From positions 5,440,001-5,504,000 of the forward strand of contig OY761556.1 of the NCBI GenBank assembly GCA_963664705.1: a stretch of DNA of 64,000 bases, in the 5' to 3' direction. This document shows positions 28,524 to 37,761 of this stretch, one piece after another. The notes beneath the pieces were generated by a model. It saw only the letters and a program-made list of their open reading frames with translations, was not told the DNA's origin and did not search any database. How positions within the stretch are numbered: position 1 is the first letter of the stretch; each line of letters opens with the position of its first letter. The position numbers and the translations under genes are program-made. This DNA is from Acidobacteriota bacterium (GTDB lineage Bacteria; Acidobacteriota; UBA6911).

Positions 28524-31500
28524 ATGAGAAGCGGACTGTCCGGTAAGTTTCTCAGAACTTATTTGCCAGGCCTGTTAGTAATTTTGGTGCTGGCGAATAT
28601 GGCTGTGTTTGCGCAAGAGAGGTTTAGCTCTGTCGTCGGTGTTGTTTACGATTCATCCAAGGCAGTTTTGCCTGGTGCCGAAGTAACACTGACGAATTTG
28701 GAGACTAAGAGATCGTATACCACGACAACCGGATCTAACGGCGCTTATTACGCCAAGGATGTAGATCCTGGTCGTTATTCCGTCTCAGCTAAAAAGACGG
28801 GATTCTCAAAAGCCGAATATCCCGACGTTATCTTATTGTTGGGAAGAACCACTAACATGGATTTCACGTTAAAGGTGGGTGGCGTGAATGAAGAGGTCGT
28901 TGTTTCCGGCACTGTAGCCATGATTGATACGGAAACGACGGCGGTAACTCACAACGTCACATCCGAGGAATTCGACCTCATGCCGAAGACCCGGACATTC
29001 CAGAGCGTTGCTCTGACCTCACCTTCTGTAAACTCAGGCGATATCGAGGGTGGCATTCAAGTTAACGGCGCCAGCGGTGCAGAGAATCAATACACGGTCG
29101 ATGGAATTTCAACGACCAGTTTGATCGATGGGACCTCCCGCCAGAATGCGGCCTATGAGTACTTGCAGGAAGTTCAGGTAAAGACCTCCGGTCTTGAAGC
29201 TGAATACGGCGGTGCCCTTGGCGGCGTTATCAGTGCCGTAACCAAATCAGGCGGAAATGCCTTTCATGGTGAATTCCACTGGTACAATAGCGGTTCTCCA
29301 TTCAATGCAGTTCCCAACCTTCGTCTGACGGTGGATCCTAACGATGACCGAACGATCAAATATCTCCAGGATCAGAAGGTTACCGACCATGTCAACGAAG
29401 TTGGAGGATCGTTAGGCGGATATATCGTCAAAGACAAGCTGTTCTTCTTTACTTCGTTCGCTCCGACATTCCGAAATCAGGAATCTGCAATTGCGTTTAG
29501 CAATGGGACCAGTACCTTTACCAGCACAAGAAAAGCGTACGATCTGTTCAACAAGGTTTCGTGGGATGCAACGAAACGCATTCGAGCCAATTTTGCCTGG
29601 TTGTACACGCCGACCAAACGGACCGGCTTGCTTCCTGGCTACAATGCATTGTTGCCGAACACAAACACCAACGCGAGCAGTACCTATGATTCCAACCGCA
29701 CCCAGGGATGGTACATGCCGAAGAATAGCTATACGGCTACGCTCGACATGACCTTGTCCAATACTTCGTTATTGAGTTTAAAGGGCGGATATTTCTGGGA
29801 TAACTACAAGGATACCGGTGCTCCAAGTACTCCTCAACTCCGGTATAACCTGAGCGCGACGAATTTGCCTTTCACCATCCCGTCTAATTTGATTCAACCC
29901 ACGGGTTGGTTCAATGTGCCCCTTACCAACGTCTCCTATTTTGACATCACCTCGAGAGGCTATTTCCAGGCGGATTATTCCAAATCGTTCCGTCTGCTTG
30001 GAACGCACAACCTGAAGGGTGGCGCGGGCTTCCAGAAGAATGTCAACAAGGTGAACCTTGGATACCAGGGCGGCGGCTATAACGTTGCGATTTACTGGAA
30101 CGGCAGCTATACCAGCCCAACCCTCGGAAGCGGTCGTGGAACCTATGGTTACTACCGTGTCCGGCAGATTGGAACGGCAGGTTCCGCTGGTTCGACGATT
30201 GATAATCTCTACATTCAGGATCAGTGGAGAATTCATCCTCGTCTAACTTTGAGCTTAGGCCTCCGTACCGAGAAAGAAAACATCCCATCCTTCCGACGTG
30301 ACATCCAGGAATATGCGATGCAATTCGGTTGGGGAGATAAGCTGGCTCCTCGTTTAGGCGCGAGCTTTGATGTTTTCGGAAACGGCAAACTGAAGATTTT
30401 CGGAAGCTGGGGCCGTTTCTATGACTGGAGCAAGTATGAGCTGGTACGTGGTTCTTTCGGTGGCGACATCTGGAGAGAGTGGTACCATGCACTGGATACG
30501 ACCGACATCTATTCCCTCAGCATGACCAATATGCCGGGTGCCAACCTCTGGAGCACCACACCTGGATCCTACCGCGACTTCCGACTTCCAAGTTTCGGAG
30601 CTACGTCCATCGATCCTGATATCAAGCCCATGCGCCAGAACACGACGGTCATTGGTGGTGAGTATCAGTTCAATCCATCATCCGTATTGTCTGTCCATTA
30701 TGTCCATTCCATCCTGAATCGGACGATTGAAGACATTGGCCAGATTCTTGCCAATGGCGATACTGTTTATCCGTTGGGCAACCCGGGAGAAGGGGTTTTC
30801 GCCTTGGAGACGAACCATATCAGTTTGACTCCTGATTTCCCGATGCCCAAACCCAAACGGCAGTATGATGCGTTGGAAGTTTCTTTCAACCGCCGCTTTG
30901 CCAAGTCTTGGTTCTTGGGTGCGAACTACACGTACAGCCGTCTGTGGGGAAATTACTCCGGTATTTCCGATACGGATGAAATTGCTGTCAGTGGTTGGAC
31001 AACCTATCAGAGCGCAACAGGAAACGTTGCTCGTCCGGGAACCAACACGACGACCTACTACGATTCCGAAGCTTACCTTCTGGATGCAAAGGGTCGTTAC
31101 CTGGAAGGTCGTCTGGCGACAGACCGGCCGCATGTGTTCAAAGCCTATGGGTCTTACCAGTTTAAGTGGGGAACGGCGCTCAGCCTGAATTACTATGCCG
31201 GCAGCGGCACGCCGCTTACAACCACCCTGGAAGACATCTATTGGGATCCTATTATGGTGAATGGACGTGGCGATGCCGGCCGTACGCCTGCATTGACACA
31301 GACCGATCTCCTGGTGGCTCATGAATTCAAGATCAAAGAAGGAAAAACTTTGCGTTTCGAGTTCAACTTCATGAATCTTTTCAACCAGAAGACAGTTCGC
31401 CATACCGACAATCTGTTGAATCGTTTCCGTGAAGAATCATCCGAAATAGATCTGTCGGATGTAAATCTTCTGAAGGGATTCAACTGGCAGCAGTTGTTTT

Positions 31501-31652
31501 CACAAACAGCCTATGCACAGGATCCGTCAGTCACGACGGATAAGAATTCTTTGGATCCTATGAAGAATTTTGCGGTCAACCCCACCTATAAGAAGGCAGA
31601 CCTCTGGAACACCGGATTCTCCGGTCGCTTTGGTATCAAGTTCACGTTCTAG
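28524..31652 (+). CDS. TonB-dependent receptor, Oar-like, with N-terminal carboxypeptidase-regulatory-like domain
   Basis: AGGAGG RBS, signal peptide, LPGAEVTLTN, AEYGGALGGVISAVTKSGGN, YIQDQWR, APRLG, terminal FGIKFTF. Confidence 0.93.
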   Translation: MRSGLSGKFLRTYLPGLLVILVLANMAVFAQERFSSVVGVVYDSSKAVLPGAEVTLTNLETKRSYTTTTGSNGAYYAKDVDPGRYSVSAKKTGFSKAEYPDVILLLGRTTNMDFTLKVGGVNEEVVVSGTVAMIDTETTAVTHNVTSEEFDLMPKTRTFQSVALTSPSVNSGDIEGGIQVNGASGAENQYTVDGISTTSLIDGTSRQNAAYEYLQEVQVKTSGLEAEYGGALGGVISAVTKSGGNAFHGEFHWYNSGSPFNAVPNLRLTVDPNDDRTIKYLQDQKVTDHVNEVGGSLGGYIVKDKLFFFTSFAPTFRNQESAIAFSNGTSTFTSTRKAYDLFNKVSWDATKRIRANFAWLYTPTKRTGLLPGYNALLPNTNTNASSTYDSNRTQGWYMPKNSYTATLDMTLSNTSLLSLKGGYFWDNYKDTGAPSTPQLRYNLSATNLPFTIPSNLIQPTGWFNVPLTNVSYFDITSRGYFQADYSKSFRLLGTHNLKGGAGFQKNVNKVNLGYQGGGYNVAIYWNGSYTSPTLGSGRGTYGYYRVRQIGTAGSAGSTIDNLYIQDQWRIHPRLTLSLGLRTEKENIPSFRRDIQEYAMQFGWGDKLAPRLGASFDVFGNGKLKIFGSWGRFYDWSKYELVRGSFGGDIWREWYHALDTTDIYSLSMTNMPGANLWSTTPGSYRDFRLPSFGATSIDPDIKPMRQNTTVIGGEYQFNPSSVLSVHYVHSILNRTIEDIGQILANGDTVYPLGNPGEGVFALETNHISLTPDFPMPKPKRQYDALEVSFNRRFAKSWFLGANYTYSRLWGNYSGISDTDEIAVSGWTTYQSATGNVARPGTNTTTYYDSEAYLLDAKGRYLEGRLATDRPHVFKAYGSYQFKWGTALSLNYYAGSGTPLTTTLEDIYWDPIMVNGRGDAGRTPALTQTDLLVAHEFKIKEGKTLRFEFNFMNLFNQKTVRHTDNLLNRFREESSEIDLSDVNLLKGFNWQQLFSQTAYAQDPSVTTDKNSLDPMKNFAVNPTYKKADLWNTGFSGRFGIKFTF

Positions 31653-31674
31653 GGATTACGCAATCTAGAAGGTC

Positions 31675-31711
31675 AAAGGGGGAAGCCTTCCAAGGCTTCC
31701 CCCTTTTTTTT
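31675..31711 (+). terminator. Rho-independent terminator
   Basis: AAAGGGGGAAGCCTT-CC-AAGGCTTCCCCCTTTTTTTT. Confidence 0.9.
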
Positions 31712-31712
31712 G

Positions 31713-31730
31713 GTGCGCCCGGCAGGGCGC
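31713..31730 (+). mobile_element. Possible 5' remnant of a group IIC intron
   Basis: GTGCGCCCGGCAGGGCGC just after the terminator U-tract; only 18 nt. Confidence 0.4.
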
Positions 31731-31752
31731 CGTTTCTTCCCGCCGATGGTGC

Positions 31753-32526
31753 TCAAATTGTGAAGGAAAAAGTCGCCGGGTCCTGCCGATAATAGAGTTT
31801 GAGCTGAGAATACAATTCCGGATGGACTGCCTGTAGTTCTGCCGGCCTCAGGAAGAAGGCCTCGGTCGCCACCGCAAAAAACTCCGCGGGACTGGAGGCG
31901 CCATATTTGTCGAGCACACTGGGTTTGTCCTGCTCCAGGGCATCCACCAATGATTCATACACGCTGCCGAGAATTCTCGCCCAATTGGAATAGCTCGCGC
32001 CCCTTGGCAAAATCGGCGCTCCCTGCGCCGAACCTGACTCGAAATCGAGTTGATGGGCAAACTCGTGAAAGACAACATTTCTCCCCTGGTGTGGATCCGC
32101 CACATCTCTCTGTATATCCTTCCAGGACAGAACAATATTTCCAAAGGACCAGGATTCGCCGCTGCGTCCCTGCATCCCCTCCCGGATTGTTCCATCCGGC
32201 TGTCTGGACGAATGAGGCGCCACGTAAGATCGGGGATAAACAAGAATGGTGCGCAATTTCGCGTACATGTCGCTTTGGCCGCCAAGCAGCAAAATACAGG
32301 CATGTCCGGCAATGGTAACTCGGATCTCATCGGAAATCTCCTGACCGCCGCAGCCTTCAAATGCCTTTTCATCCAGAAATACCTGTATGAGCCCACGCAG
32401 CCTGTCCCGATCCTCGGGAAGGAGGCAGTGGTCGTAAGGCATTCTCTGCCGCAGAATGGCTTCCCATTCCTCCGGAAAAGGATTCTCCATTAATCCCCGT
32501 CGTCGCCGCGCTTTCAGTCCGAGCAT
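31753..32526 (-). CDS. mtfA: MtfA / M90 zinc-dependent peptidase
   Basis: FEGCGG, ILVYP, GESW, NVVFHEFAHQLD, YGASSPAEFFAVATEAFF; ATG after GGGAGG. Confidence 0.9.
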   Translation of the reverse strand: MLGLKARRRRGLMENPFPEEWEAILRQRMPYDHCLLPEDRDRLRGLIQVFLDEKAFEGCGGQEISDEIRVTIAGHACILLLGGQSDMYAKLRTILVYPRSYVAPHSSRQPDGTIREGMQGRSGESWSFGNIVLSWKDIQRDVADPHQGRNVVFHEFAHQLDFESGSAQGAPILPRGASYSNWARILGSVYESLVDALEQDKPSVLDKYGASSPAEFFAVATEAFFLRPAELQAVHPELYSQLKLYYRQDPATFSFTI

Positions 32527-32752
32527 TGAGACCTCCCACTGTTTGCCGGGTGCTTCAACGTCCCATTTCGCCGGCAAGAGTAAATCTGGTTCCACCCCAG
32601 CCGTTGGAGCCGGGACAACGGCGCTCCCAGTGGACCTCCTGACGAAATATGCAATTTAAAATCATCTTTGGTGGAGATATTCCATACGACTGACCTTGAC
32701 ATGACCATGGAAGTATAGAGAATATGTACCGTTTAAGAAAAGGAGCATATAG

Positions 32753-33892
32753 ATGGCTAAGACCCGGGCTGTTGATTGTACTTGTGCAGGACAATACATT
32801 TTTACGTCGGAATCTGTTACGGAAGGACATCCGGACAAGGTTTGCGACTTTATTGCCGATTCGATTCTGGATTCGTATCTGCAACAGGATGCAAAAAGCC
32901 GGGTTGCCTGTGAGGTTCTCTGCAAAGAAAACATCGTGGTCATCGCCGGCGAAATGACTTCCGGTGGACAGGTGGATCATGAAGCGGTTGCGCGCCAGGC
33001 AATTCGCGAAATCGGCTATGTCGATTCATCCGAGCCGTTCAACGCAGACGGCGTCACGGTCAAGCAGTTTGTCACCAAACAGTCTGCCGAAATTGCCCAG
33101 GGCGTCAATGTTGAGCAGAATGTTGAAAATGAACAGGGCGCCGGAGACCAGGGCATCATGTTCGGCTATGCCACGGATGAGACCGCTGAGCTTATGCCGT
33201 TGCCGATCCTGTTGGCACATCGCCTGGCTAAAGGTCTCGCGGATGATCGGCGCAATGGAACCGCGCCATGGCTCCGTCCTGATGGCAAGACCCAGGTCTC
33301 AGTTCAATACAATGATTACACGCCAGTTGCCGTCACCGACATTATCGTCTCCCCGCAGCATACTGCTTCCGTCCCGCGCGAAAAGATTATCGAATATGTC
33401 GTCGAATTGCTGGCTCCGCGCGTGCTCGGTGACTGGTTCACAAAAGAAATCCAGTTCCACGTGAACCCGACCGGCAGCTTCGTACTGGGCGGCCCGTCCG
33501 CAGATGCGGGCGTGACAGGCAGAAAAATTATCGTGGATACCTATGGCGGCGCCGGCCGGCATGGTGGCGGTGCATTCAGCGGCAAGGATCCTTCCAAGGT
33601 GGATCGCAGCGGTGCGTATTTCTGCAGATTTATCGCGCGTCAGCTCATCTCGAAAAAACTCGCCCGCCGTGCCGAAATTCAGATTTCCTATGCGATCGGA
33701 GAGGCTCGTCCGCTATCCGTTCGAGTGGATACCTTTGGGACCGGCGATGCGGATGCTGCAGCCGAATACGTCAAGAGCATGGATTTTCGTCCCGCCGCAA
33801 TCATCGATCAATTCAAGTTGCTGCGGCCGATCTATCGCATGACCACGAATTACGGCCATTTCGGCAAACCCGGCCTGCCCTGGGAAGAGTAG
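32753..33892 (+). CDS. metK: S-adenosylmethionine synthetase
   Basis: FTSESVTEGHPDK, GAGDQG, RPDGKTQV, GRKIIVDTYGG, GGGAFSGKDPSKVDRS, YGHFG. Confidence 0.97.
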   Translation: MAKTRAVDCTCAGQYIFTSESVTEGHPDKVCDFIADSILDSYLQQDAKSRVACEVLCKENIVVIAGEMTSGGQVDHEAVARQAIREIGYVDSSEPFNADGVTVKQFVTKQSAEIAQGVNVEQNVENEQGAGDQGIMFGYATDETAELMPLPILLAHRLAKGLADDRRNGTAPWLRPDGKTQVSVQYNDYTPVAVTDIIVSPQHTASVPREKIIEYVVELLAPRVLGDWFTKEIQFHVNPTGSFVLGGPSADAGVTGRKIIVDTYGGAGRHGGGAFSGKDPSKVDRSGAYFCRFIARQLISKKLARRAEIQISYAIGEARPLSVRVDTFGTGDADAAAEYVKSMDFRPAAIIDQFKLLRPIYRMTTNYGHFGKPGLPWEE

Positions 33893-33896
33893 ATAG

Positions 33897-34066
33897 GAAT
33901 TACGAAGTACGAATGACGAATGACGAATTGAAGCCGCGCCGCGGTGGCGGTTCAATTCGTCATTTGCATTTATGGCCCAGCTCATTTGGACAAATCGCTC
34001 TCTACTTTGTCTTTCAATTCGTCATTCGTCACTCGTCATTCGTCACTCGTCACTCGTAATTCGTCA
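33897..34066. repeat. Heptamer tandem repeats (TGACGAA / TTCGTCA-like) in inverted blocks between convergent metK and adh
   Basis: ACGAATGACGAATGACGAATTGAA on the left; TTCAATTCGTCATTCGTCACTCGTCATTCGTCACTCGTCACTCGTAATT on the right. Confidence 0.85.
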
Positions 34067-35063
34067 ATAGAACGGCTGCTCCCTGAATCCTCCCTTCACG
34101 CAGACGAGACAACGCTTCGTTGGCACTTGTCAGAGGAAAAACCTCTACCTCGGTTCTGACCGGTACCTTTGGCGCCAGGGCAAGAAGCTCTTCGCCGTCA
34201 CGGCGCGATAGATTCGCAACGGAACGCAAAATCCGCTCTTCCCAGAGGATCTGATAGGGGAACTGGGGGATGTCACTCATATGAATCCCGCCGCAAACCA
34301 CAACGCCTCCTTTAACCGTGGCTCGAAGCGCTGCCGGAACAAGCGCTCCGACCGGTGCAAAAATCAACGCGGCATCCAGCGGTTCCGGCGGCATTTCCGT
34401 TGAATCGCCGGCCCAGACGGCTCCCAAACCCAGGGCAAATGTTTTTGCGTGGCTGTCTCCCGGGCGTGTAAAGGCAAACACTTGCCTTCCCTGGAACACC
34501 GCTACCTGGGCGACAATGTGTGCCGCTCCGCCAAATCCATAAATCCCGATGCGCTTCGCTTCTTCACCGGCCATGCGATAGGAGCGATAGCCGATCAGGC
34601 CCGCGCATAGCAGCGGCGCCGCTTCCGCATCGGTGTACGAATCGGGAATGGCGAAGCAGTACCGCGTATCGGCAACTGCATATTCGGCATATCCGCCATC
34701 GAGGGTGTAGCCGGTGAACTTGGGGCGATCGCACAAATTCTCTTTGTTGATCCGGCAATACTGGCATTCTCCACAGGTGTATCCCACCCATGGAATGCCA
34801 ATCCGGTCTCCCAGCCGGAAGCTGTGCACTCCGGGGCCCTGTTGTACAACCGTTCCGACGATCTCATGCCCGGGTATGATCGGAAGCTTCGCATCTGGCA
34901 GTTCGCCGTCGACCACATGCAAATCCGTCCGACATACACCGCATGCGATCACTTTGACAAGAACCTGCCCGGGGCCCGGTTTGGGCATGGGAACATCGGC
35001 GTAAACCAGGGCCTGCCCCGGAGTATGCAATACCATGGCCTTCATAGTTGCCGGCAATCGCAT
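34050..35063 (-). CDS. Zinc-dependent alcohol dehydrogenase family protein
   Basis: CGVCRTDLH, PGHEIVG, CGECQYC...ENLC, APLLCAGLIGYR, GFGGAAH. Confidence 0.95.
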   Translation of the reverse strand: MRLPATMKAMVLHTPGQALVYADVPMPKPGPGQVLVKVIACGVCRTDLHVVDGELPDAKLPIIPGHEIVGTVVQQGPGVHSFRLGDRIGIPWVGYTCGECQYCRINKENLCDRPKFTGYTLDGGYAEYAVADTRYCFAIPDSYTDAEAAPLLCAGLIGYRSYRMAGEEAKRIGIYGFGGAAHIVAQVAVFQGRQVFAFTRPGDSHAKTFALGLGAVWAGDSTEMPPEPLDAALIFAPVGALVPAALRATVKGGVVVCGGIHMSDIPQFPYQILWEERILRSVANLSRRDGEELLALAPKVPVRTEVEVFPLTSANEALSRLREGRIQGAAVLLTNYE

Positions 35064-35173
35064 GATTCACCTCGATGTTGATGATACAATGGAGACACGT
35101 TTTGGGGGGAGGCGGGAAGCATCGGCGCTTCCCCGCACATGCAGCATTTTAAAACAGGAGAGGAGACAGGAAA

Positions 35174-35704
35174 ATGATCTATTATGGAGCCAAAGAGCTT
35201 GCAGCGAGTGCCCGCGTTGTTCGAGGCAATACAATTCTAATTGCCCAGGATATTTCGGAAGACAATTACCAGTTCAAACCTGTGCCGGACTATCGCAGCG
35301 TGGCTCAGATGCTCGCGCATATCGCCCTGTCTTATCGTTTTCAATACCAGGTTCACGCGATCGAGAAAAGAAACACGCTGGAAGGATTTGATTTTCCTGC
35401 CCTGATGAAGGTACTCCTCGAAGAGGAAAACATAACCCGGACAAAATCCCAGGCCATTGATCTGCTGCAAAAAGAAGGAGAAAAGTGGGCCGGCTGGGTG
35501 GAGGGCTTGTCCGATGCATTCCTTGCGGAACCGGTGCAGATGCCCGCAGGCTCCATGCCCTCGCAGAAAAGCCGCCTGGAAATGGTGCTTTCAGTGAAAG
35601 AGCACGAAATGCATCACCGCGGGCAACTTATGCTGATTCAGCGCTTGATGGGTGTTGTGCCGCATCTGACGCGCGAACGCCTGGCGCGCATGGCGCAAAG
35701 GTAG
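35174..35704 (+). CDS. DinB/YfiT-like metal-binding protein
   Basis: RSVAQMLAHI and EHEMHHRGQL motifs; GGAG RBS. Confidence 0.9.
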   Translation: MIYYGAKELAASARVVRGNTILIAQDISEDNYQFKPVPDYRSVAQMLAHIALSYRFQYQVHAIEKRNTLEGFDFPALMKVLLEEENITRTKSQAIDLLQKEGEKWAGWVEGLSDAFLAEPVQMPAGSMPSQKSRLEMVLSVKEHEMHHRGQLMLIQRLMGVVPHLTRERLARMAQR

Positions 35705-35735
35705 CCGTTGCATCGGAGGCAGTGATAGTGGATGC

Positions 35736-37616
35736 CTATTTGACCAGGCTCATCTCTTTGTCGACGACAGGCTGCAATGCAGGATTAATGAGCTTTGCCT
35801 TGCGGTAGGCGTCGGCAGACTGGGCGCTCAGGCCCTTGGCCGCATAGCCACGAGCCAGGTTCAGATAGGCATCCGCATATTTGGGAAAGATCTCGATCGC
35901 CTTGCGGGCGTGCTCAATCGCCTGGTCGATTTCATTACTGCGCAGCAGGATGTACGCCATATTGTTGTGAGCGACTTCGGTTTGGGGATTGATGGCAATA
36001 GCCCTCTCGCAGGCTGTTCGGGCGGCTGCGTAGTCTCCCTTCATTATCAGGATGCCGGCCAGATTCTGTAAGACGGAATCGGAATCGGGATCAATCTGTT
36101 CAGCCTTTTTCAGGAAGGTCAATGCCTCCTGAAGATTCCCTTTGTAAACAGAAATTGAAGAGAGCCGCACATAGAGTTCGACAAGCCGCTGCGGCGGTTT
36201 GATGTAGGATCGGTTCCAGCTTTCCTCGGCGCGGAGGGACCAGAACTCCGCTTCTTTCATCTGGCCTGCCTGGAAGTAGTTATCCGAGAGGTTGTTTGCA
36301 ATAATCACGGAGTCTGGGGAACGCTTTATAGTTTCCGTATATAAAATCCTGTTGTTACGCCACATGCCTGCAGTGCCGTAAAGCAGAAATGCGAAAATAA
36401 CACACACCGCCGCTGAAAAGCCGAGAACAATTCTCTCTTCCGAAATGCCGGAGATCGATGGCTTCCTCTTCACGACCTTTTGAACCAATAGCGGGATCAA
36501 AAGACAGGAAGCAAAGGAAGGAATATAGAGGTAACGGTCCGCAAAAACATTTTCGCCAATGCCTGAGATGTTCAAGACTGGGATCAGCGAGATAAAGATA
36601 AAGCCGAAAAGAAACAATACCTTTCTATCATTGCGCAAAAGCCATGCTGCCCCAGCATATACCAGAATCATCAGAATGGCTGAGATGCTGCGCAAGTCTC
36701 CGATAGATGTCGTCGGATGAAAGACGTGAAAAGCATTGATGTTGAAAGGGACGAACGCCTTGGCGATGTATTCTCCCAGCAGGACTATCGAGCTCAGGAC
36801 GCGGCTTCCAAAATCAAGATCGATCGGTACCTGATCGTTTTGAAAGTGGGATAAGGCGTGAATGCGGAACCCCGCATAGATTCCAAAAGAGGCCACCAGT
36901 GCCGCATATCGATTCCAGTGCAGCTTCCTGCCAAGACAAACGTCCAGCCACAGGACGACCAGTGGAAGCATAAAGGCCATTTCTTTTGAGAAAAGTGCGC
37001 CCAGAAAAAGCAGGGCACCCATCACCACCGTTTTCCATGTCGTTGAATGGTCCGAATCAAAATAAATAGAGAGAGCCCCGAAGTAAAAGACGGCACACAA
37101 CGGGTCGGTGATTCCTGCAATCCAGGCGATAGATTCTGCGTGCACGGGGTGCAACGCAAAAAGGAATCCTCCGGCCGCGCTCGCCGTTCTATTTCGTGTC
37201 AACCGATATCCCAGGAGCGCCACCAACAGGGTGCTGAGGCAATGAAGCAGGACGTTGATGAGATGGTAGCCCTGGGGCTTTAGGCCGGAGATTGCGTAGC
37301 CGACCGCGTGCGCGAGCATATGCAGAGGGCGGTAATAATTTCCCGGCTGATTCCCATTCCGGTAGCTCCACACATCTACAAAGAAAAATTTGCCGACCTG
37401 GGACCAGTCGCGTATCCAGGGGTTTCTCAAAACCTGTATGTCATCGTCGTATACAAAATCAAAGGCAAGGGTCTGTGCGAAGGAGAAGAATGCAACCAGG
37501 CACAAAGTGCACAGTATCCACCAGGGGAAAGCTCTGAAAGCAGATTCCCGGATAACTGAACTGTGAACGGAATCATGGACGGCGCTTTGTTTCTTTCTGC
37601 TGCTTGCCTTTCCCAA
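35736..37616 (-). CDS. GT-C membrane glycosyltransferase with C-terminal TPRs (TMTC-like)
   Basis: FVYDD, YYRPL, HPVHAESIAWIAG, FSKE, ADRYLY, many TM helices, then TPRs; TTG start after GAGGAG. Confidence 0.85.
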   Translation of the reverse strand: MGKASSRKKQSAVHDSVHSSVIRESAFRAFPWWILCTLCLVAFFSFAQTLAFDFVYDDDIQVLRNPWIRDWSQVGKFFFVDVWSYRNGNQPGNYYRPLHMLAHAVGYAISGLKPQGYHLINVLLHCLSTLLVALLGYRLTRNRTASAAGGFLFALHPVHAESIAWIAGITDPLCAVFYFGALSIYFDSDHSTTWKTVVMGALLFLGALFSKEMAFMLPLVVLWLDVCLGRKLHWNRYAALVASFGIYAGFRIHALSHFQNDQVPIDLDFGSRVLSSIVLLGEYIAKAFVPFNINAFHVFHPTTSIGDLRSISAILMILVYAGAAWLLRNDRKVLFLFGFIFISLIPVLNISGIGENVFADRYLYIPSFASCLLIPLLVQKVVKRKPSISGISEERIVLGFSAAVCVIFAFLLYGTAGMWRNNRILYTETIKRSPDSVIIANNLSDNYFQAGQMKEAEFWSLRAEESWNRSYIKPPQRLVELYVRLSSISVYKGNLQEALTFLKKAEQIDPDSDSVLQNLAGILIMKGDYAAARTACERAIAINPQTEVAHNNMAYILLRSNEIDQAIEHARKAIEIFPKYADAYLNLARGYAAKGLSAQSADAYRKAKLINPALQPVVDKEMSLVK

Positions 37617-37761
37617 TGCTGTGTCTCCTCACAAAGCGAGTCATTCTATAATTGTTGGTTGGGTGGATGAAGCAAAATTGTGCGCGCTCTCTGTCGACCT
37701 GGAGCGAGCCCGTTGCGATGGGAGGTGAGTCTACTGACCGTTGCTTTCCTTTGCTTTCAGG

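Noticed and set aside
31711-31727. tRNA gene or att site (TGGTGCGCCCGGCAGG resembles a reverse-complemented tRNA 3' end)
   Set aside because: No T-arm or cloverleaf follows and no integrase is nearby.
32527-32752. Canonical SAM-I or SAH riboswitch before metK
   Set aside because: The conserved cores are absent; only a 10-nt SAH-like 3' segment is present, kept as a weak finding.
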